A stretch of 63,206 nt of DNA, counting the filler, from Guillardia theta CCMP2712 (Eukaryota > Protista > Cryptophyta): the NCBI RefSeq assembly GCF_000315625.1. It is 5 parts of 5 records of this genome, joined end to end, with 100 filler letters (N's around TTAATTAATTAA, not from the genome) between each part and the next. Parts side by side here need not be neighbours in the genome. Positions count along the whole stretch, not along the records: positions 1 to 18,704 come from NW_005434435.1; 4 more parts are not named here. One strand, 5' to 3'. The notes under the pieces were generated by a model, which saw nothing but the letters and a program-made list of their open reading frames with translations, searched no databases and was not told where the DNA came from. Position 1 is the stretch's first letter; every line of letters starts with the position of its first letter. Below, piece by piece: positions 1 through 8,982 of this stretch. A program made the position numbers and the translations under genes.

Positions 1-540
1 GGTCTGATTTCAAAATCAGACCCGAGACTTCCGTGCGTCACACAACGTCGGTCCACTTGCAACAAGCTTGATTTCGATCCGTCATGACCCAGGAGTCACA
101 AGCCTCGTATACATGCCCAACCATGTTGATCTCATGTCTGGTCAGTCATGATGTCTCGTTACACACATTCAGATGACTCTTCTCTTCAATCAGGCTCCCT
201 CTCTAGCCGCAAGCTGTTTCAAGTCAGCCCTATCACTAGTATCCCAGCCACAATCTGTTTGATCCATCTTCGGATGCACTCTAGGAACAACAAGCCTCTC
301 CCCAGCCAGATTGGTCGGTCGGATATCAGCTACACTGCGGACCGGACATGAAGTTGCCGGAAAACACTGGGAGCTACTAGTCGATTCCGAGTCTGACTGT
401 TATTTCAAGTCTCTTGATCGTCAGCTTTGAGTAGGATCAAATCAGCAACTCCCAGGAGACTGCGATCGAGGGACGTGTTGATGTCACAGAGCTACTGGTG
501 GCTAGCCTTACACATGAGAGACTGCCGGAGCTACTGGTGG

Positions 541-720
541 ATCGGTGAGCAAGCTCACTTGTGCATCGGTGAGCAAGCTCACTTGTGCATCGGTGAGCAA
601 GCTCACTTGTGCATCGGTGAGCAAGCTCACTTGTGGATCGGTGAGCAAGCTCACTTGTGCATCGGTGAGCAACTTCACTTGTGGATCGGTGATCAACTTC
701 AGTTGTGGATCGGTGAGCAA
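541..720. repeat. 24-bp tandem minisatellite (~7.5 copies, ATCGGTGAGCAAGCTCACTTGTGC) with internal inverted repeat GTGAGC-AA-GCTCAC
   Basis: Unit directly visible; copies degenerate toward the 3' end; no spacers. Confidence 0.95.
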
Positions 721-1641
721 GATAAATCCGCACAACCTCTTCAAATGCCTTGAAACGGATGTTCCACCCTCGCGACAGCAATCTCTGGTTACAAGATCTT
801 TACGGTTCAAGTATCATCTTGTGGTGATCAAAAGCCGGCGGGCAAGCTTGTCTCTCCTTGTTCAAGTTCCTCTCTTATCTTCTCCTCTATCACTACTTCC
901 TCTCCTACTCTGACGCTCTCCCATGACCCCCCGACCCTCCTTGTCCGCACCCACCCCTCTCTTTCCCCTCGCGTCTAGTGAACTTCCTCCACACCACCCC
1001 CTACTCCTCGACGGCTGACGCTCTCCCATGANNNNNNNNNNNNNNNNNNNNNNNNNNNNNNNNNNNNNNNNNNNNNNNNNNNNNNNNNNNNNNNNNNNNN
1101 NNNNNNNNNNNNNNNNNNNNNNNNNNNNNNNNNNNNNNNNNNNNNNNNNNNNNNNNNNNNNNNNNNNNNNNNNNNNNNNNNNNNNNNNNNGCTCAAGCTT
1201 CTCTCACATGATACAAGTCTCCTCCTCCCCTCCCTCCCCTCCGCTTCCCTCCTTCTTCCGTCCGTGATCCCCTCCGCTGCCTCCTCGCCTGTAGCAGCGA
1301 CGTCGTCATGCCCTCTCTCCCCGAGCTCGCATCGGATGTCGCATGGCGTCTTGCCATGCTCAGCTGGGCTGTCGGCTTGCGCCGTAGAGCAGAAGCGAGC
1401 GCTAGCCCGCATAGACAGACATGGGGGTGGAGGACGAGAAGAGCTGAGAGGTAGAGAGCATGACGCGCTTCTATCAGGTACAATCATTGTTGACCGCAAC
1501 ATTGACCGACAAGCTGAGAAAGCTTCAGCCCTCTGCTCGACGCTCGTCTCACAGCCAGCTCTTGCCCCTAGCAGCACGAACAAGCTCTGTCCCTTCCCCG
1601 CCATCCCCGCCTCCCCTCCAGCTGCACCACGACCCTCCCCA

Positions 1642-4482
1642 TCACTCGGCATCGCGTCGCTCGAGCACGGACCTGAGCCGTCGGCCCGCCTCAGAAGCAC
1701 GGGTGACGGGGATGTTGGGAGGCAGGGCGGCGCCTCGGAGCCGTCGGATGCGTCGGATGTTGTACGAGTTGTCGCTAGCAAGGCTGCTCAGAGCCTCCAT
1801 CGCGCTATCCTCCAACCACCCGCTGCCCTCATGCCTTTGCATCGCCCTCGCTACCGCCTCGATCGCTCCCGCCTCCCGCGCCCGCGCCTGGCTGTCCGCC
1901 ATGCCCTCCGTCATGCTGCGCAAGGCCTTGCATGCATCACACTGTAGCCATCGTTCGTCCACATGTGTGGACATGGCGCTGACGACGGCCTCGATCGCTC
2001 CTGCCTCCCGTGCCCGCGCCTGGCTGTCAGCCATGCCCTCCGTCATGCTCTCAAGGGCTTCGCATGCTGACCACTGCAAGCACCAGTTGTCCGCGTGCGT
2101 GGACATGGCACGGCCTCGATCGCTCCCGCCTCCCGCGCCCGCGCCTGGCTGTCAGCCATGCCCTCCGTCATGCTGCGCAAGGCCTCGCATCCATCATTTT
2201 GTAACCATTGCTTGTCTGCGTGCGTGGACATGGCGCTGACGACGGCCTCGATCGCTCCCGCCTGCATGGCCGGGAGCTTGTTCTGCTCGTGGCTCTCGGC
2301 TATCGCTGTCAGCACCTTGCATAGACCTTGCTGTATCTTCGCGTTGCTCTGGTGCCTGGTCATGGCGCTGACGACGGCCTCGATCGGTGTCGCATCTCTC
2401 GCTGTGCCCTGGTATCGGAAGTACTGCATTGTGTACTTCAGGGCCTCACACGCAGCCTGCTGTACTTTCAAGTCGTTCGCGTGCCTATCGAGGCATCTCA
2501 TGACGGCCTCGACCGCTCCCACCTGTCGTGCCCTTGCCTGGCTCTCATCCCTGAAGCTAACAATGTAGTCCAGGGCCTCGCACGCAGCCTGCTGTACCCT
2601 CGCGTCGTCTGCGTGCTTGGTCATCGCGCTGACGATGGCCTCGATCGCTCCCGCCTCTCGTGCCCGCGCCTGGCTCTCTTCGATGACACTGACGGTATGC
2701 TTCATTGCCCAGCACGCAGCCTGCTGTACCCCCGCGTCGTCCGCGTGCTTGGTCATCGCGCTGACGACGGCCTCGATCGCTCCCGCCTCTCGTGCTCGCG
2801 CTTGACTCTCTTTGATGACACTGACGGTATGCCTCAGGGCCTCGCACGCAGCCTGCTGTACCCCCGCGTCGTCTCCGTGCGTGGACATGGCGCTGACGAC
2901 GGCCTCGATCGCTCCCGCCTCTCGCGCCTTGACCTTGTTAGCCTCCCCGTGCTGAGCCATGCTGACCAAGGCTTCGCACGCAGCCTGCTGTACCTCCGCG
3001 AGAGCCTCGTACGTCCTCATCTCCTGCATCACCGCCTCTATGCTGTCGTCGGCTCCCGTCCTCAGCAGCCTCCATGCCTCCCTTGCCGGCTGCTCCATCC
3101 CGCTTCCGTCTTGTGCCCCTACCGCTGCCGACAGCGCCTGAGCTCCCGTCCTCAGCGAGCTGAGAGCGTCGCTGCCCGTGGACTCCAAGGCGGTGCAAGC
3201 TGACTCTTGCAGCTCCACGAGCTCTGCGTACTTGCGCTTCCTGACTCTCCTCGCCACCGCCTCGATCCCTCCCCCCGCTGCCTCTCCGATCCTTCTCCAT
3301 GCAGCTTCTGCCATGCTGCGTATGCCTCGGCATAGCGACTGGTTGCCGGCCCTGCCCGCTGCTGTCCAGGCGTCCTGTCTGACCCTGTCCATGCAGCAGC
3401 CTCCTCATCCCCCTCGGCTCCGGCTCTTCTACAGCTACAGCAAGCTCGGCGAACCTCGGGCGGTCCTCCTCCCTCGTCGCCCAGCAGCTCTCCAGCAGGG
3501 CCCACAACCCGTCCGGGCATCCTCCGAGGAGGTGCTCTCGAGGCAGCCTCCCACCCCCGCACACGTACCCGATCACAGTCGGGTCCGTCATGGGGTAGTA
3601 GGGGGTCATGCCCGAGGTCAGGATCTCCCAGCACGTGACCCCGTAGGCCCACACGTCGCTCTTCTCCGAGCACCGGCCTCTCTGCATGGACTCTGGGGGC
3701 ATGTACCGCACCGGCAGCGCTCGCCCCGCTACCCTCCCGTCACTCCCGTCCACCAGCTCCCCTGCCCGCCCGTACCCCGCCACCTTCACCGACGTCCTCC
3801 CCACGTCCTCCTTGTCGAAGCCCATGACCAGCACGTGCCGAGCCGCGAGGTCCCGGTGCACGACCCGCTGCTCAGCCAGGTGCTCCATGCCCTGCGCGAT
3901 CTGCTCCATCATCGCCGTCTGGTGCCCTCGCGTCACCTGCCCCGCCAGCCTCCCCAGCAGCGCCTCCCTCAGCGACCCCAGCTCGGCGAGCTCGGTCAGC
4001 AGCAGGGGACAGCCGTCGGCGTCGTGGCTCTGCCCCATGTAGCGTACAAGCCGAGGATGCGGCCCGAGTCTGAGCATGACCGCGGCTTGTCTGCCGCCGT
4101 CGTCTTGCGTGAGCTTGAGCACGGCTACCTTGATCTTGCCGGGCCCTGCTCTCCTTCCTTGCACGCGGAGGTGACCTATGTAGAGGGTCTGGGAGGAGCC
4201 TGCTGAGATAGGCTGCCGCTCCATCTCCACGTCGTGGCTGGGGACGAGCAGCGCGTGTCGCTCCTGCCACTCCTGGATGGCGCTGCGGAGAGCGAGGTTG
4301 GGGACAAGGTGGTTAGAGGGGAGGAGGGCGCCGGTGAGGGGGCTGGAGAGACGATGGCGGAGCCAGGTCTCGATGGAGGATCTCTCGTAGGTGTGGCCAT
4401 CGCAGCAGGTGACAGGGTCGGTCATGAGCGCCATGCTGATGGGGCAGATGAAGGACGGGAGCGCTCCCTGGTCCGCTGCCAT
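1642..4482 (-). pseudogene. U-box + tyrosine-kinase-like (probable pseudokinase) + ARM-repeat protein, broken by two frameshifts
   Basis: ATG at 4482. U-box FICPISMALMTDPVTCCDGHTYERSSIETW..SPLTG..LVPNLALRSAI. Kinase motifs VAVLKL, HRDLAARH, LPVRYMPPE, SDVWAYGVTCWE. About 9-11 ARM repeats of 44 aa/132 bp (EAGAIEAVVSAM..H..VQQAAC.AL) in ORFs 2043-3392 and 1642-2106. Frame change at ~3392-3405; 7-nt deletion (GCTGACG missing versus repeat consensus) at ~2110. Confidence 0.85.
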
Positions 4483-4792
4483 GGCGGGGCCGAGGAGCGA
4501 GGGAGGGGAGGGGAGGGGATAGGGGGGGTACGTGCAGCGAGGGAGCGAGGGGGTGCGAGGCTGGTCTAGGGAGGGGTAGGGGGTGGTAAGAGGAGGGGAG
4601 AGGAGGGAGGAGGGGTGGTCCAAAAAAGAAAAGCTAATCCTATCAGCAGAGTGTAAAACTAAAAAAAAGAAGAATAAGTCTTGTTGCTGCCTTTTGTGTG
4701 AGATGGTATCTTGCGGGTATGTCTTGTTGCTGCCTTTTATGCATTTGGTACTGATGGTCTGAGGCGGGTGGCTCCGTTATTAAGAGGAGAGA

Positions 4793-4977
4793 TCATCTAG
4801 GGGGTGCCGAGAACTGTGTCATCTAGGGGGAGGGGGTGAAATCCTACCGAGAACTGTGTCATCTAGGGGGTGGGGGTGGAATCCTTCCTGCCGAGAACTG
4901 TCTCATCTAGGGGGTGGGGGTGGAATCCTACCGAGAACTGTGTCATCTAGGGGGTGGGGGTGGAATCCTACCGAGAA
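4793..4977. repeat. ~40-bp G-tract tandem repeat (4-5 copies, TCATCTAGGGGGTGGGGGTGGAATCCTACCGAGAACTGTG) between two divergently oriented genes
   Basis: Units start at 4793 (short), 4819, 4859, 4903 and 4943. Confidence 0.9.
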
Positions 4978-5291
4978 GACGGGCATGTCGCTTGTTTCTT
5001 TTGTCGGAACCTTGCTCTACCTGCCGCTTGTACCCTCCCTGAGGCAGCTGCCGATCGCTCGCGGCCTCAAGCTGAGGAGCTCTTCTGGCCTGCTGCGCTT
5101 GTCGAGGTAGGCGATTGTGAAACATGGATGGGTGATCGGAGGTGAAGCCGGCGAGTAGAGGAGTGTGACGCAGCAGGAGTGAGGTGCCATAGATAGTGAG
5201 TTTGTGAGCGGAGGATCGGGAAGATTTCGCGGAGAGAGATTGAATTGTCTGTTGCATCCTGACGGTTGCTTCTTTATGGTTTGCCAGTGCA

Positions 5292-6788
5292 ATGAAGCAT
5301 GAAGCAAGCAAGGCTTTCGAGGGACGTGCGGAGCGGAGAGCAAACGGCACGACAGGTAGAGGTCCGCAGTTGCCTGATCGTGAGAAACAAGACAATCAGA
5401 GTCGGTTTGCATGGAGTCATGACCGGTCACACACGAAGAAAAGGCAGGGAGATGTCGCAGGAAACGAGATCGAGATCGCGAGGGCATCCAAGTTAGTCGA
5501 CCAGACAGCCAAAAGCTTGTCGTTGCGCAAGAGAGAGGCTGAGCTGAAGGAGGCTGAGGTCACAGGAGACGAGATCGAGATCGCAGACGCCCTCCTGAGA
5601 GTCAGGGAGGCAGAGCTGGAGGAGGCTGAGGTCACAGGAGACGAGATCGAGATCGCGAAGGCACGCAAGTTAGTCAACAAGGCATGGCTAAGCTTGTCGT
5701 TGCGCAAGAGAGAGGCTGAGCTGGAGGAGGCTGAGGTCACAGGAGACGAGATCGAGATCCTCAAGGCACGAATCAGGGTCAGGGAGGCTGAGCTGGAGGA
5801 GGCTGAGGTCACAGGAGACGAGATCGAGATCCTCAAGGCACGAATCAGGGTCAGGGAGGCTGAGCTGGAGGAGGCTGAGGTCACAGGAGACGAGATCGAG
5901 ATCCTCAAGGCACGAATCAGGGTCAGGGAGGCAGAGCTGGAGGTGGCTGAGGTCACAGGAGACGAGATCGAGATCGCAGAGGCCCTTCTTGCCCTCAGGA
6001 TGGCAGAGCTGGAGGAGGTTTGGCTGAGAGGAGGCCAGATAAAGTTCGAAAGGGCAGTCGAGCTAGCCAGGCAGGCAAGCATAAGCTTGTCGTTGCTCAG
6101 GAGGACGGCAGAGCTGAAGGAGATTGAGAACACAGGAGACGAGATCGAGATCGCAAAGGCGCGTTTCAGACTGACACAAGCAGAGCTTGACGAGGCGAAG
6201 ATCAAAGGAGACAAGATTAAGATTGCAGGGGCATATCTCAAGTACAGGAAGACATACCTCGATATGATTCAAGTCACAGGAGACGAGATCGAGGTCGCAG
6301 ACGCCCTCCTGACAGTCAGGAAGGCAGAGCTGAGGGAGGCTGAGGTCACAGGAGACGAGATCGAGATCGCGAGGGCACGCAAGTTAGTCGACCAGGCATG
6401 GCTAAGCTACTTTGTGCGCACGAGAAAGGCTGAGCTGAAGAAGGCTGAGGACACAGGAGACGAGATCAAGATCGCAGACGCCCTCTTTAGCGTCAGGGTC
6501 GCAGAGCTGAAGGAGGCTGAGGTCACAGGAGACGAGATCGAGATCGCGAGGGCATCCAAGTTAGTCGACCAGGCAAGGCTAAGCTACTTTGTGCATACGA
6601 GAAAGGCTGAGCTGAAGAAGGCTGAGGACACAGGAGACGAGATCAAGATCGCAGACGCCCTCTTTAGCGTCAGGGTCGCAGAGCTGAAGGAGGCTGAGAA
6701 CTCAGGAGACGAGATCGAGATCGCGAGGGCATCCAAGTTAGTCAACCAGGCATGGCTAAGCTTGTCGTCGCACAAGAGAGAGGCTTAG
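5292..6788 (+). CDS. Orphan alpha-helical tandem-repeat protein (498 aa; 20-aa and ~27-aa units centred on AELEEAEVTGDEIEI)
   Basis: Long intronless ORF with ~20 GDEIEI-type turns and exact 60-bp DNA repeats at ~5714-5950; the repeat register continues past the TAG. Confidence 0.7.
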   Translation: MKHEASKAFEGRAERRANGTTGRGPQLPDREKQDNQSRFAWSHDRSHTKKRQGDVAGNEIEIARASKLVDQTAKSLSLRKREAELKEAEVTGDEIEIADALLRVREAELEEAEVTGDEIEIAKARKLVNKAWLSLSLRKREAELEEAEVTGDEIEILKARIRVREAELEEAEVTGDEIEILKARIRVREAELEEAEVTGDEIEILKARIRVREAELEVAEVTGDEIEIAEALLALRMAELEEVWLRGGQIKFERAVELARQASISLSLLRRTAELKEIENTGDEIEIAKARFRLTQAELDEAKIKGDKIKIAGAYLKYRKTYLDMIQVTGDEIEVADALLTVRKAELREAEVTGDEIEIARARKLVDQAWLSYFVRTRKAELKKAEDTGDEIKIADALFSVRVAELKEAEVTGDEIEIARASKLVDQARLSYFVHTRKAELKKAEDTGDEIKIADALFSVRVAELKEAENSGDEIEIARASKLVNQAWLSLSSHKREA

Positions 6789-7959
6789 CTTGACAAGGCT
6801 CGAGGTACAGGAGACGAGATCGAGATCGCGAGGGCACGCGAGTCAGTGGATGAGGCAGAGCTATGCTACTTTGTGCGCAAGACGGGGGCAGAACTGGAGT
6901 AGGCTCAAGGCCCTGGAGACAAGATCAAGCTCAGGCCACCTATACATGAAGCTGACCACGGCTGACTCTCTATATCATGTATCCCCCACTTCACGTTGCA
7001 TATGTGCAGCACCACCCCGTACACCCTCATCCGCCTCCTCCCCTTCCACACTGTGGCTCTTGTATCTCGTGAATCCTCTTGCGCCTCCTCGCTGAGCTGC
7101 CTCTGGTAGAGGACCTCCATCTTCTCCCAGTCCGCCTCCCCTCCTCGCATCCTCGTTTTACCCAGGTTTCCATCGCCTCTGCCTGCGTCTCTGCTGAAGC
7201 CCTTCACGCACCCCACGGGGTCTCCGTCCCTCTTTCCTCCCACCAGCCTGCACCACACCCGGTACGACTCCCTCCTTTCACACCCCCCGCCGTCGGACCC
7301 CCTTTTCTTATCCTCGCATCACCTTGTGTATCCTTTGAGGTTTTTGGTGACCATTTTCATACAGTCTTTGGTATCACTTAAATCATGTTGAAGTCCCGTC
7401 TCATGCTGTTGGACGAGCCAGCGAGATCAGCGGATACAAGTGACGAAAGATTTTCATGTGAACTCCCTATGAGGTGTTTTCTGTCTGCAGCAATCTTGAC
7501 GACGATGCCAAAGAGACGGCCAACATTGCTTTCTCTGCTGTTCGTAATCCCTGGAAAGGATCTCGATTGTCATCGGAGCTTCTCGGAAGCTGTGCGTGTT
7601 TGTTTCTGCCTTTGTGGCTGTACATCCTCCCTCTCTTCCTTGGCATCTCCCTTTGGGTTGCTCCTCTCTGCTACTTGGATAGCTTTCCTTCCTCCTCCTT
7701 CCTCGTCCTCGTCCTCCTCCTTCCCGCTCTTGCTTCCTCCTCCTCCTTCCTGCTCCTCCTTCTCCTTCTTCCTCTTTCTCCTGCTCCTCCTACCTCCTCC
7801 CTCCTCTTCCTCCTTCTCCTTCTTCCTCCTCTTCCTTGCTGCTTCTCTTCTTTCTTATTCAAACTGCATGCTAATGCAAGCAGCCGTGGCAGCTCCCGAT
7901 TGCTTTCACCGTCAGCCAAGTCTCCGTGCGTTTGTCTTCTCCTCCCTATCATCATCTAA

Positions 7960-8860
7960 GTGCTTGCAGCAGGTGTGGATCACACAGCCAGTCCCTTCAC
8001 GTTCGGTTTGCATCGCCGAGTGAAGAGGAGGAGATCGTCGAGCAGAGAGCCTCAGAAGCGGACGAGTACGCTCATTGCAAGAATGAACGCGACATGTGTT
8101 TTCACCAAGAGCGTGAGAGATGTCAACGTGCACTGGGGATTTGACGTAGACATAAACATATTGAGAAATGTCTGCGAGGTGAGATGGGATGATATGATAT
8201 CGAAGATTTCAGATGAACAATTGCTTCTTCCCCTTTTGAATGATTGACATTCTTGCAGATTCGCGAAGCTTATCAACTTATAGGCTTCGTGGACGGACCA
8301 GTCGCCCGTTTTCTTTGCAAGTTCATCCCATCGGTATCCTGGAAGAAGCGCTGTTGGGCGCGAGTGTACCTGCAGAGAGTTCTTGAAGGAAACGAGAGTT
8401 TGCAAGGGGAGGATCGCAACGATGGGAAGGAGAGGAAGGAGGTGTGGCATTGCGACGTCAGACTGTCAGGAGGGAGTAATGTTGGAGGAAGGGCGATCAA
8501 GGCCTTGAGACGGTCGGGACTACCCTTCACCTCAGTGAATGTTACCCAAGGTACCTCTGACGCCCCAATCGTGATCAACCGGACAGCGGGGACTGTACAG
8601 AACTCACAAGAGTCGCTGGAGGGTATCATTGATGATTTGCAGAAGGTTATGAGCTCCTTCAATCTCTCTCTTGTCCACATGGAAACATTGCGGACCCTCG
8701 GGCTACGAACCACTCTGTACGATTACCAGCTGCGAGGGATCAACTGGATGTTGAGGAGAGAATGTCGACAAGATGGGGAATAGAATCAAGGGGTGGGCAA
8801 TATGTCAGAGCTATGGGATCTCAGTAGGATTCGAAGAAGGTTTAGGGTACCACTACATGT
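7960..8860 (+). pseudogene. Rad5/HLTF-like fragment (HIRAN-like segment plus pre-ATPase SNF2 motif), truncated
   Basis: QLIGFVDGPVARFL resembles the HIRAN IG(Y/F)V..A..L motif; LRTTLYDYQLRGINWMLRRE is the typical motif preceding SNF2 ATPases; stop at 8783 with no Walker A afterwards. Confidence 0.6.
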
Positions 8861-8982
8861 AGCGATGCTACTCTATGTCGTTCTTCACAGTCTCTAGAGC
8901 TTCTCATGCAGGGAGTGCCAGCAGTCAAGATGTCATCCTACCCGCCTGTTCCCACGGATGTCATCGGGTCTATCGGAGCAAC

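Noticed and set aside
541-720. CRISPR-like palindromic repeat array
   Set aside because: Units are head-to-tail with no unique spacers, there are no cas genes, and the context is eukaryotic.
6786-6902. Genome-wide TAG-to-Glu recoding
   Set aside because: No in-frame TAG was seen in the conserved coding regions (profilin, pol, PARP, actin); the evidence is local only.
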